In this document: positions 1 to 8,280 of the stretch, in pieces | Numbering within the stretch: position 1 is the stretch's first letter | How the letters are laid out: each line of letters starts with the position of its first letter | The notes under the pieces: generated by a model | What the model saw: only the letters and a program-made list of their open reading frames with translations | Databases searched by the model: none | Told to the model about the DNA's origin: nothing | Position numbers and translations under genes: made by a program | Source of the DNA: a virus | Lineage: Duplodnaviria > Caudoviricetes | Length of the DNA: 45,016 nucleotides | Virus record (IMG/VR): IMGVR_UViG_3300037424_002632 | Coordinates: 1 to 45,016 of that record | Reading direction: 5' to 3' (one strand)

Positions 1-655
1 ATCCTTGAGCAGTTCGCCTTTCGGTGTTCCGAGCAGGCTCCAATGAATCCAGTAATCCGGGCACGGCTCCCCATCATCCCCGGTCAACCGGGTTTTGACC
101 TTGCTGCCGACCAGCCGGTGCTGGTCGGTGGCCGGGATGAACGCCGGATTGGTAAGCACCGCGGGGACCGGGTCCAGGGTGTAGACCCGGACCTTGAGGT
201 CATTTTCTACAGCAATAATCAGCCGGTGCAGACAGTCATACGCAGCCATGATGCAGGGCCGGATGACGCTGGTCCAAAGAACCTGCAGGTTCACGTAGTC
301 GACCATGGCCACCCTGCCGGCCTCGAAGTCAACGGCGATCACCAATCCTTCTCCGGCCCAGGCCAGATGATCATACATCGTGCCAGTGCCCGGCAAGGTC
401 ATGTAGGTGGTCTCGATGCCGGTAACCAGGTCAATGAAATGCAGTCTCCGGTTGACGTAGGAGTAGAGGATCAGGCCGCGTCGATCATCGACATAGTGCC
501 CCGGCCGGAAAGCCTCGGTCGGGGGAACCCAGGCCCCGCTCAACACGTCGTCATAGTGGTAGTTGCCGGAGATTTCATCGGCAGCCCACCATTTTCCAAT
601 ATCCTCACCCACGGTATAGGTGTTCATCCAGCAGTGCCGACCATCGACCCGGGCC
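1..655. repeat. Terminal direct repeat, copy 1 (matches 44362..45016)
   Basis: Ungapped alignment with offset 44361; 529..655 (127 bp) identical; 1..528 diverged mostly at third codon positions. Confidence 0.97.
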
Positions 656-849
656 TGAAGCGCCAGCGTCGGTAGTTGCGACATCATCGGGGCCATGGCG
701 CCGTCCCGGAACAGTTTAGAAGCCTTGGAGGGGGCATTCCAATCATGGCAGATCATGGCGTCCCAGGTCCGCACATAACCCATGCGATACTTAGTCAGAT
801 CAGCCCCGCCTGTAATTGATTTGCTGCTGGTGTAGATCAACTCAAGCAT
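1..849 (-). CDS. Tail protein, 5' part (allele A); continues across the circular junction to the stop at 44251, about 319 aa
   Basis: Not in ORF track. ATG at 849 overlaps the stop of 842..1804; reads MLELIYTSSKSITGG...HCWMNTYTVGED, in frame with ORF 44251..44988. Confidence 0.9.
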   Translation of the reverse strand, partial: MLELIYTSSKSITGGADLTKYRMGYVRTWDAMICHDWNAPSKASKLFRDGAMAPMMSQLPTLALQARVDGRHCWMNTYTVGEDIGKWWAADEISGNYHYDDVLSGAWVPPTEAFRPGHYVDDRRGLILYSYVNRRLHFIDLVTGIETTYMTLPGTGTMYDHLAWAGEGLVIAVDFEAGRVAMVDYVNLQVLWTSVIRPCIMAAYDCLHRLIIAVENDLKVRVYTLDPVPAVLTNPAFIPATDQHRLVGSKVKTRLTGDDGEPCPDYWIHWSLLGTPKGELLKD

Positions 850-1804
850 GGGCGATCCTGGCCTTCACCCGGTCCACCTTGCCGGCCAGGGCCGGGTTGC
901 TGGGGGCGAAATAGTAGTTCTTGCAATGCTTGGCCCCATCCGTGATCGTCTTGTCGAACATCAGGGAGCCCAGGGGCGCCCCTTCCCGCCCGGTGGCTGC
1001 ATCATACGCAACCAGCTCCCAATACACCGCCTGGCCCACCTGGTCGCCCGTGGCGGTCAAGGCGGTGCCGGCCTTGATCATGGGGTGTCGTGAGGCGCTT
1101 AACAGAGGCAAACCGGGGGTGTACGGATACGGCGGCGGCGCCCCGAAGGTCTGCGCCACAATCTGGTCTTCTTCCTCTTCTGAGATCAGCCGATCAAAGA
1201 TAACCAATTCGTCCAGATTGCCAGAGGTCAAGGCTACTTCAAAATCTCCATCCGAGATGTTAAGCGTATGGATAAAGGCAAACGTAAAGAAGGTGCGGTC
1301 CCCGGTGTTGATATTCCTGCACCTGATATCGATAATCTTGTTCTCGCCATCAAACCTGATACACAGGTAGTAGGGCACTGCCATTTGTAGCGGCTCTGAG
1401 CTCCCGAGGGTTAAGACGCACTCCTCAGAGTTCGTGTCGTCTAAGCCGATCAAAATGGCAAAGAACCCCGCAGTCTCAGTTATATTGAAGCAATACTTGC
1501 TCCACTTGGCTAAGAAGGTGGTGGGTAAATCGCTGGTCCGGCGGTAATAAAGGCCAAAGGTCCCGACATTGGGACCATCGGATTTAAACGGGAATCCGGC
1601 GCCCAAGTCGGCATCGGCAATTTTGTACAGGGCATTGCCGGCGCCCTGGCCCAGCGACCCGCTGCCTTCCCAGCAGTTGACCGGATCAGAGGCCCCGGCC
1701 TGCACCTCCGTAAGATGATTGGCGCCAATCGAATCATGAATCAAGGCCCCCGGCTCGAACCGCCAGAGGGCCTTGCACGTTGGATCTTGAGAGAAATCGT
1801 TCAT
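842..1804 (-). CDS. Minor tail protein, LamG/concanavalin-like domain plus C-terminal Ig-like domain
   Basis: Directly after tape measure; ALWRFE...DS.G.NHLT start and SGNLDELVIFDRLISEEE end are typical of LamG-like folds. Confidence 0.7.
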   Translation of the reverse strand: MNDFSQDPTCKALWRFEPGALIHDSIGANHLTEVQAGASDPVNCWEGSGSLGQGAGNALYKIADADLGAGFPFKSDGPNVGTFGLYYRRTSDLPTTFLAKWSKYCFNITETAGFFAILIGLDDTNSEECVLTLGSSEPLQMAVPYYLCIRFDGENKIIDIRCRNINTGDRTFFTFAFIHTLNISDGDFEVALTSGNLDELVIFDRLISEEEEDQIVAQTFGAPPPYPYTPGLPLLSASRHPMIKAGTALTATGDQVGQAVYWELVAYDAATGREGAPLGSLMFDKTITDGAKHCKNYYFAPSNPALAGKVDRVKARIAHA

Positions 1805-1806
1805 TG

Positions 1807-4425
1807 TTAGGCCCGGCTGCTCTGCATATAGACGTCCCGGAAATATTCTTCCATGACCTGCTGAATGGCCTCTTTGACCCGGGGGACCAGATCCCCGACG
1901 CTGACATTGACCCCCACGCCCCCACCGCCGCCGCCGCCCCGGGTATTGCTCTCGATCTGGCTCAGGATGCCGTTGGTGGGAATCAGGGCATCGGCCAGGC
2001 TGACCCCGATCTGGGCGATGGGCAGGGAGGTCTCGCCGGCGATGATGCCTCGCACGGCCTCGTGGCCGGTGACCGCCGACTGCACCCCGGAAGAGGTGAA
2101 AGAGGATTTGCCGCCGCCGCTGGTCAGCATCATCCCGACCAGGCCGATGGCCCCCATCACCGCCCCGGACATAGCACTGCCGGCCTCTCCGAACAGGCTC
2201 TTAAAGCCGTTGACCAGCAGGTTTTTCAACTGTTCCAGGCCCGGCTTCAGGGCCGTGTCGAACAGGCCCTTGAAGACGCTGTGGGCCGACTGCATCAAAT
2301 CCCGGCCGCCGCTTGTGAGGGCGTCGCCCAGGGAAGAAAGCCCCTGGGTAATCTGCGAGGCGTAGTTGCCATAGAGGGCATCACCCTTTTTGGCTTCCAG
2401 GTTTTTTTCTCCCGCCGCAAAGAACGGGTTATCGGGAGCCAGCCCGGCATTCAGGGCGGCTTCTTTATTCTTTCTCCATTCCAGGTTGAGCCGCTGCAGG
2501 ATGGCTTCCTGCTCGGTGATGGCCCCCAGCAGTTGCGCCGTCTCGATGTTCATCCCCGCGGTGGTGTCCTGATACTGCCGCTTGAGCTCCACCTGGCGCC
2601 GCAGCTCATCGGTGATCTTGGTCTCGCCCTCCAGCCGGGCCTGGGCCGCTTCGGTGTCCAGCTTGGAGATAGCCTTGCGGTTTTCGGCCGCCAATTTCTG
2701 CCGGGCGATGTGCTTGGCCTCATCGCTTAATTTGGGGTCGGCCTCCACCTCAGACAGGGACTCCTGATAGGCCTTCTGCTGGGCCTGGCGTTTCTGGCCG
2801 ATCATGGCAATGGCGGCGTCGGTCTCCTGCCGCTGCAGGTCCTGGAGGCGCTGGTAATAGGTCTCCCCGTCGATCAACTGCGCCGCCAAATCCTTTTCCA
2901 GTTCGGCCCGCTTCTGGCTGTTGGCGGTCTTGAGCAGGTCCAGGGAGTTCTGGGCGTCCTGTAAATCGGCCTCGCGCTTGGTCTTGTACATCGCCAGCAT
3001 GGAGGCCAGGAGGTTGTCGGTGGTTTCCTTGGCGCCGCCTTTAGCGCCACCACCCTTGCCAAGAGTTTTAGGGGCATTCCGAAGCGCTTGATCAATGGCG
3101 GCTTTGGATTCCTTATCGGCCTGGGCTTTTCGTTCTTCAGGAGATTTGTATCCTAAGACCCCGCCTGGCAGCGGAGTTTCATACCCCTCAAATTTGTCAA
3201 CCGATTCTTTCGGCGCAGCCAGAACCAGGGCCGGGCCCAAAAGCGCTGCTTCTTCAGAACTCATCTGGTCCAAGGAAGCGGGTTTTTTGATGGTCTGGTA
3301 AGCGCCATAGGCGGCTAAGCCACCAACGACCGCCAATAAAGTAGGCAACCACCCGAGCATGGCGATTTGTACCGTTTTAACCCCGGTGGCCAGAGCCGCC
3401 AAACCCGCACCTGCACTATATGCCGCGGCCCCGAGAGATATTACCCATCCAGCCGCCTTGGTAAAAATGACCATTTCCAAGGCGCTTTTAACCAGTTCAC
3501 GGTTCTGAACAATGAATTCCCCGACCGAGCGCATGGCATTGGCCACGCTATGCAACCAGGTGGCGATCTGGTTCCCCCAATCATAGAGAGCTTCTTTATT
3601 CGCATCGGCCCAGGTCTTCAAGTCCTTCCAAGCCCGGGTCATTTCCTGTACCGCGGCGCCCATCACCGGGCCAAATAAGGCCCAGAGGGCGTTTTTGGCC
3701 TCCTCGGCAAACCGAGCCATTGACTGGAGCTGCTTACCTACGGATGAATCGGCCGCCGCGGCGGTGCCAGCAAAGCCCGCCGATAGCCGCATGACCTCAT
3801 TGAGCATGGCCTGGGTTTTTTGCACGGCATTAAGCTGCTCGGCCGTGGTCCCGAGAGTAGCGGCATAACGCTTATAAATCTCTTCCGAGCCCCCTACCTG
3901 AATCATCAGACGGCGCAGGGTCTCCTGTTCCCCGGAGATGATACCTTGCATCATCCGGTTCAAGGCTTCGGAGGTGTTGATCCCGGCTACCACGGCGATA
4001 TCTCTCGCCCGGGTAGCCAGGTCCTTCAATTGGTCTAAGGGAATACCGGTGGTTAGCGCTTTGGTGACCGCAGTCATCGACTCCTGGGTGGTGATCCCGG
4101 CGCCCTTGAGTTCATCCACGTAGAACTTCAGGGAGGCCGCCGACACCCCGTAAGTCTTGCCCACCTGCTCCATGGCAATGTTCAGAGTCTCGGTCCGGGC
4201 TCCTGCCTGGGCGGCGGCGACGGCAAACTCCTTTAAGGCGCTGGCGATCTCGTAAATTCCCACCGCCACCCCGGCGAAGGCCAAGACCTGAGTGATCCGG
4301 GCCCCGGCGCTCTCTACCACACTCTGGAAGGAGGCCAACTGCTGGCGGCCCTCGGCCAGACCCCTTTTCAGGTCACTGGCGTCCGCCGTCAGTTTGGCAA
4401 TGATCGTGCCCAGATCTTCAGACAT
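1807..4425 (-). CDS. Tail tape measure protein
   Basis: 872 aa, Ala-rich helical, N-terminus LGTIIAKLTADASDLKRGL, hydrophobic segments, follows chaperone genes. Confidence 0.92.
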   Translation of the reverse strand: MSEDLGTIIAKLTADASDLKRGLAEGRQQLASFQSVVESAGARITQVLAFAGVAVGIYEIASALKEFAVAAAQAGARTETLNIAMEQVGKTYGVSAASLKFYVDELKGAGITTQESMTAVTKALTTGIPLDQLKDLATRARDIAVVAGINTSEALNRMMQGIISGEQETLRRLMIQVGGSEEIYKRYAATLGTTAEQLNAVQKTQAMLNEVMRLSAGFAGTAAAADSSVGKQLQSMARFAEEAKNALWALFGPVMGAAVQEMTRAWKDLKTWADANKEALYDWGNQIATWLHSVANAMRSVGEFIVQNRELVKSALEMVIFTKAAGWVISLGAAAYSAGAGLAALATGVKTVQIAMLGWLPTLLAVVGGLAAYGAYQTIKKPASLDQMSSEEAALLGPALVLAAPKESVDKFEGYETPLPGGVLGYKSPEERKAQADKESKAAIDQALRNAPKTLGKGGGAKGGAKETTDNLLASMLAMYKTKREADLQDAQNSLDLLKTANSQKRAELEKDLAAQLIDGETYYQRLQDLQRQETDAAIAMIGQKRQAQQKAYQESLSEVEADPKLSDEAKHIARQKLAAENRKAISKLDTEAAQARLEGETKITDELRRQVELKRQYQDTTAGMNIETAQLLGAITEQEAILQRLNLEWRKNKEAALNAGLAPDNPFFAAGEKNLEAKKGDALYGNYASQITQGLSSLGDALTSGGRDLMQSAHSVFKGLFDTALKPGLEQLKNLLVNGFKSLFGEAGSAMSGAVMGAIGLVGMMLTSGGGKSSFTSSGVQSAVTGHEAVRGIIAGETSLPIAQIGVSLADALIPTNGILSQIESNTRGGGGGGGVGVNVSVGDLVPRVKEAIQQVMEEYFRDVYMQSSRA

Positions 4426-4801
4426 GACGTTTCCTCTTGACGACGGGCAGGTGGTTCAGCCAGGGGGCCAGGGGGGGAGAGGCCGGATCAGCGCCGGCGG
4501 CCGGGGGGGCCGGTTGTATTTCTTGCAGCTCTGTGCCCCAGGCTTGCACCAGTTTACCCTCCTTGACGAAGGCGTCCCGGATTCCCAGGGAGACCCCCAC
4601 GGCCAGGTCGGCCACCAGCATCCGGCGGTTGAGCCGGGCAGCCCGGTGAAAGTTCAGGACCAGGACCACCGGGTAGCCATCCAGCAGGTCCTGGTAACGG
4701 TGCCCCCGACTGACCAGGTCCTCGATGAGGAGGGTCAGGCCGAGGGGGTGGAGGCCCCGATCCCCTGGCTGATCTTTGGAATCAGGGCCGAAAAGTTTTT
4801 T
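4418..4801 (-). CDS. Frameshift extension of tail assembly chaperone (gpGT-like)
   Basis: -1 frame relative to 4735..5151, open from the slippery site to the tape measure start, no good own start codon. Confidence 0.75.
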   Translation of the reverse strand, partial: KKLFGPDSKDQPGDRGLHPLGLTLLIEDLVSRGHRYQDLLDGYPVVLVLNFHRAARLNRRMLVADLAVGVSLGIRDAFVKEGKLVQAWGTELQEIQPAPPAAGADPASPPLAPWLNHLPVVKRKRHV

Positions 4802-5151
4802 AAGGGCTCCAGGTTCTGCGAGAAATTTATCAGGACCAGGGCCATGGCCGTGGCCACGTCCAGGTCCTCGGCCTCCTCCAGGGGGATATCCAGGGAGGCC
4901 GCCAGGAACGGCGGAATCTCCGGCAGGATGGCCGGCAGGCAATCGAGCAACTGCCCGCCGATAAAGCCCTCCAGGTTGGCCCAGGTGAGGCCCTGGGCCG
5001 CCAGTTGGCCGATGATCCGGCGCAGCGGCGGGTAGACCAGGGCGAAGCGCTTCACGGTCCAGGCCCGGACCTCGTACTTCCCGACCCGCTGCGGCTCGGC
5101 CAGGAGCGCCGTCATCTCATCCGGGGCCTTGGCTTTTTTGCTCGGGCTCAT
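4735..5151 (-). CDS. Tail assembly chaperone (gpG-like)
   Basis: Between major tail and tape measure genes; ATGA overlap with upstream gene; contains slippery heptamer. Confidence 0.8.
   Translation of the reverse strand: MSPSKKAKAPDEMTALLAEPQRVGKYEVRAWTVKRFALVYPPLRRIIGQLAAQGLTWANLEGFIGGQLLDCLPAILPEIPPFLAASLDIPLEEAEDLDVATAMALVLINFSQNLEPLKNFSALIPKISQGIGASTPSA
4795..4801 (-). other. Programmed -1 ribosomal frameshift site A AAA AAC
   Basis: TTA AAA AAC TTT (LKNF) slips to AAA AAA CTT TTC GGC (KKLFG), the frame of ORF 4418..4942. Confidence 0.8.
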
Positions 5152-5690
5152 ACAGACCCCTCATCCTCATAGACGATGACCCGGCCATAGGGATAGGTCG
5201 GGGTGGCCAGATAGTTGTCCAGGACCTCGAGCATCATGGGCAACTCCATCACTTTTTTATCGTCCAGATTAAAAGAGCCGTTGGGCTTCAGTTGGCATTT
5301 GGGGATCTGGATCTCGAAGGCCATACCCATGCCGGGGGCAGGGGTACAGACCAGGCGGGCCACACCCTCGATATAGCCGGACGCCCCAATGGCGAACCGG
5401 TTACCCCCAGCCACCACCTCGGGGGCGTCCCCCTTGAAGAAGGCCTGGAGGTTTTCCAGGATGGGGGAATTGAGCTTGAAGCGGATCATCAGCTCTTCCT
5501 GGAGGGACCAGGTCTTGGCCACCCGGCGCTTGCCGGAGCGGTTGGAGTAGTATTTCAGTTCCTCGGTTTTGGGCTCCACCTCCAGGTTGGGAGACTCGAA
5601 GTAGCCCAGGTCACGCTCCCCGGTACCGTCGTTAAAGTAGAGTACGGTCGCGCCAGGAATGGTCAAGGCGGCAATATTGGTGCTTTCCAT
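5148..5690 (-). CDS. Major tail (tube) protein
   Basis: Position, 180 aa beta-rich sequence, RDLGYFE..LEV and IQIPKCQLKPNG segments resembling tail tube proteins. Confidence 0.78.
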   Translation of the reverse strand: MESTNIAALTIPGATVLYFNDGTGERDLGYFESPNLEVEPKTEELKYYSNRSGKRRVAKTWSLQEELMIRFKLNSPILENLQAFFKGDAPEVVAGGNRFAIGASGYIEGVARLVCTPAPGMGMAFEIQIPKCQLKPNGSFNLDDKKVMELPMMLEVLDNYLATPTYPYGRVIVYEDEGSV

Positions 5691-5700
5691 TGAATTCTCC

Positions 5701-6156
5701 TTATACGGTCAGGCTGGCAGCATCGCCCCGGGCGTGCGCATACGTCAATTGATAGCTCATAAAGAGGACGCCATAGTCGCTGTTGTACCGCGCCTTGACG
5801 ACCTTGTCGGCGGGCAGGGCCTGGACCAGTCCCGCCGCCCGCAACTCCCCCGGGGCCGCAAACAAGCCGCTGATCTTCCCGGCTATCTCCTCCGCGGTCT
5901 CGCTAAAGGTGGTGAAACTGGCCGGAACTTCCGGGTCCAGGCTGAAAAACACTTCCACCCAGAAATCCAGGCGGCCCAGGGTGAGGCGATTGTAGGCCTC
6001 CTGCTGCTCCTCCTCCCAAAAGAAGGCGGCGGGCAGGGTCAAGAGGCTGAGGTCGGTGGGGATATCCTTCCAGCGCTTCACCGTGGCCAGGGCCGTGATT
6101 TCTCCCAGTCTGGTCTCGATAGCCTTGAGAAGGGTGGTTTTAACCGTATCCGCCAT
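5701..6156 (-). CDS. Tail terminator-like protein
   Basis: Start re-assigned to MADTVKTTLLKAIETRL; LPAAFF motif, about 150 aa, just upstream of major tail gene. Confidence 0.65.
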   Translation of the reverse strand: MADTVKTTLLKAIETRLGEITALATVKRWKDIPTDLSLLTLPAAFFWEEEQQEAYNRLTLGRLDFWVEVFFSLDPEVPASFTTFSETAEEIAGKISGLFAAPGELRAAGLVQALPADKVVKARYNSDYGVLFMSYQLTYAHARGDAASLTV

Positions 6157-6164
6157 AGTTTTCA

Positions 6165-6187
6165 GTGGCACAGGTTTGTAACCTGTG
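6165..6187 (+). repeat. REP-like palindrome
   Basis: GTGG CACAGGT TTGTA ACCTGTG followed by ATCCTT. Confidence 0.8.
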
Positions 6188-6191
6188 ATCC

Positions 6192-6767
6192 TTATGCTTT
6201 TAAAAGGCCGCCGCTTTTCAGGGCTGCCAGAAACTGCGGCTTGATCCAGCGGACCAGTTCTGAGGGTATGATCCGCCGCCGCACCACTATCGAGCTTTTG
6301 AGGATGAACAAGGGAACCAAAGTTTCCTTGGCGAACTTCTCCCCCGCCGCCCGGCGCTGGCGCAGGCCCCCGCCAGTCCGGGCCCCGCCCCAACCGGCCT
6401 TACCCCAGATGATGCCGGCGAAGATCCGGGTGCCGCCATAACTCTTCGGCCTCGAGCCTCTGCGGGCAAAGTCGGTGGGGATAGCCAGCATGCCGGAAGT
6501 GGCTTTGATGGTGGTGGACCCCGGGGGGCCGATGTGGACGGCGCCTGCTTTCCAACCACTGGCCCCCCGCACCGTCGCCGTCATCAGGTCCCCCACCGGC
6601 TTGGCCTTCTCCGCCACCACCGGGATGCGGCGGCTCTTCCATTTTAAAAACTCCTGGCTTGCAGTCCTGGTCCGAATCCTGAAGGCCATCTCGTTGAGGA
6701 CCTGGGCAACCTGCTTGCCCAGGTTCTTTTCGATGACCTCCAGGGTCTTGACCGGGTCTTTGGCCAT
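6192..6767 (-). CDS. Tail completion / neck (virion morphogenesis) protein, structural copy
   Basis: Basic 191 aa between capsid and tail terminator; AVHIG, MLAIP and PLFILKSSI motifs recall Mu gpG / HK97 gp10-like proteins; AAGGAG RBS. Confidence 0.65.
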   Translation of the reverse strand: MAKDPVKTLEVIEKNLGKQVAQVLNEMAFRIRTRTASQEFLKWKSRRIPVVAEKAKPVGDLMTATVRGASGWKAGAVHIGPPGSTTIKATSGMLAIPTDFARRGSRPKSYGGTRIFAGIIWGKAGWGGARTGGGLRQRRAAGEKFAKETLVPLFILKSSIVVRRRIIPSELVRWIKPQFLAALKSGGLLKA

Positions 6768-6787
6768 AGTGCTCCTTTTTCAAGGAT

Positions 6788-6810
6788 CACAGGCTGGAAG
6801 CCTGTGCTAC
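6788..6810 (-). repeat. REP-like palindrome; its GTAG supplies the capsid gene stop codon
   Basis: GTAG CACAGGC TTCCA GCCTGTG followed by ATCCTT on the minus strand. Confidence 0.88.
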
Positions 6811-7775
6811 GATAGGGTCGCCTTCAGGGCGTACTGCCAGTAGCCGAAGCCCACGTTCCGGCTGGCCTTGATGCCGTACTGGTGCCGGTCGGTGTCATGC
6901 TCGTATTCCGAGCCCTCGGCCTTGGCGCTGATCTTGACCCCGTACTCTTCCTGCCGGATCAGAGGTTTAGCCCGGGCATCGGTGCGCAGGACCACAAAAT
7001 TGACGGTCCAGTCGTTCAACAGCGGATTGACCACGACATTGACGATGAAGCCTTTAGCCTGCATAGCCTTCATCAGCAGGTTATCGGCCGAGGCGCCGCC
7101 CGCGGTGGTCAACACCGGGGCCGTGACCGCCGCCAGGGCCGGGACATAGAGACTTACCGGCACCTGCACCTGGAATTGCCGGGCCTGGCCGTTCATGGGC
7201 ATGCCCTGGTCGTCTTTATAGTTATACTGGTAGGCGATACAACCCATGATGGCCGCGGCCATCTCCGCCGGCGTCGGCGCCGCCGCCGTGCTGACGTTCA
7301 ACTGCGACACCTGGGCCGCGGCCAGCAGGTTGAGCTGCACCCCGGATTTGCCTTCCTCGTGATCGACGGCAAAAAACGGCTTGCCGTCGTAGCACAGGGC
7401 CGATTCGCCCAGGGCCAGGGCCGCCGAGCCCAGCACTTCCCAGTGCTCGTTAACCCGGTCCGCCATCTCCTGCACCCGGAGCATGATCTGCCCGGTCTTG
7501 TCCCGGTTCAGATCATCGACTTCGATGTCCAGGCTGGCTTCAAACTTCAGGTTCTCCAGGGAATAGGCGTCGGCCCGCAGTCCCTGGGGGTGCCGTCCGG
7601 CAATCCACTCCCGCACCGCCGGAGCCATGCCCAGCCACTTATACTGTTCCACTTTCTGCTGGCTGCTGACCAGAAAGGAGACATCAGGCATCCAGGAGCC
7701 GGCCAGGCCAGCCTCCAGGGTCTGATAGAAAGTGCCGATGAGAGCCCGGCTGGAAAATCCTAATACTTCTGGCAT
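6807..7775 (-). CDS. Major capsid protein, Mu gpT-like
   Basis: YKWLGMAPAVREWIAGR, CYDGKPFFAVDH, KPLIRQ and RNVGFGYWQ motifs; AAGGAGG RBS favours the second ATG (MPEVLG). Confidence 0.93.
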   Translation of the reverse strand: MPEVLGFSSRALIGTFYQTLEAGLAGSWMPDVSFLVSSQQKVEQYKWLGMAPAVREWIAGRHPQGLRADAYSLENLKFEASLDIEVDDLNRDKTGQIMLRVQEMADRVNEHWEVLGSAALALGESALCYDGKPFFAVDHEEGKSGVQLNLLAAAQVSQLNVSTAAAPTPAEMAAAIMGCIAYQYNYKDDQGMPMNGQARQFQVQVPVSLYVPALAAVTAPVLTTAGGASADNLLMKAMQAKGFIVNVVVNPLLNDWTVNFVVLRTDARAKPLIRQEEYGVKISAKAEGSEYEHDTDRHQYGIKASRNVGFGYWQYALKATLS

Positions 7776-7804
7776 GACCATTCCTCCTTAAAAAGAAAAG
7801 GGAC

Positions 7805-7827
7805 CGCAGGCTGGAAGCCTACGCCGC
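7805..7827 (-). repeat. Degenerate REP-like palindrome at stop of decoration gene
   Basis: GCGG CGTAGGC TTCCA GCCTGCG GTCC on the minus strand. Confidence 0.75.
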
Positions 7828-8240
7828 TAAGCCGAAACCTCCGGCGCAATTTCCGGGCTGATGAATTCCACCACCGCCACGTTGGCGCTGACGTACCGTT
7901 TCACCTTGCCCACCTGGTAGGTGCCCGTCAGGGCGTAGGTGTTGTCGTCGGTGGCGTAAACCGGGCCGCCCACATCCGTAATGGCCACGCTGGGCAAGGC
8001 CACCTGGGCGCAATAGCGCCCATAGCGCAGGTTGACCGATTTGGCGGCGTTGCCGCCGGTGCGGTTGTCCGCCTCCGCCACCACATGCCCCGCGAATACC
8101 GACCCGGGGGTCGGGGTGGCGTAGCCGCTGGCATCCAGGAAGGCCATGGCCCCCTCGAACAGGCGCTTCGTGCTCGCCACCGGAATCAGGTTGCGGTCGC
8201 CGGTTTCCTCTACCAAAGGCACATTCTTCGTTGCTGCCAT
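7827..8240 (-). CDS. Capsid decoration / cement-like protein
   Basis: 137 aa just upstream of capsid; ITDVGGPVYATDDNT motif; GGAGG RBS. Confidence 0.65.
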   Translation of the reverse strand: MAATKNVPLVEETGDRNLIPVASTKRLFEGAMAFLDASGYATPTPGSVFAGHVVAEADNRTGGNAAKSVNLRYGRYCAQVALPSVAITDVGGPVYATDDNTYALTGTYQVGKVKRYVSANVAVVEFISPEIAPEVSA

Positions 8241-8280
8241 ATTGCCTCCTCTCCTGCTGTATAATTCCGGCCCCGCCGGG

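Noticed and set aside
1-528. Diversity-generating retroelement template/variable repeat pair (with 44362..44889)
   Set aside because: No reverse transcriptase; differences are not adenine-specific and fall mostly at synonymous positions; both copies are the same locus at contig ends.
529-655. Biological direct terminal repeat of the virion DNA
   Set aside because: Length equals a standard assembler k-mer, it lies mid-gene, and the terminase and cos signature point to cohesive ends elsewhere.
43-675. 210-aa plus-strand ORF and other long antisense ORFs (e.g. 1780..2730, 8146..9219, 18279..19895)
   Set aside because: Shadows of GC-rich minus-strand genes with recognisable motifs; no RBS or domain signal.
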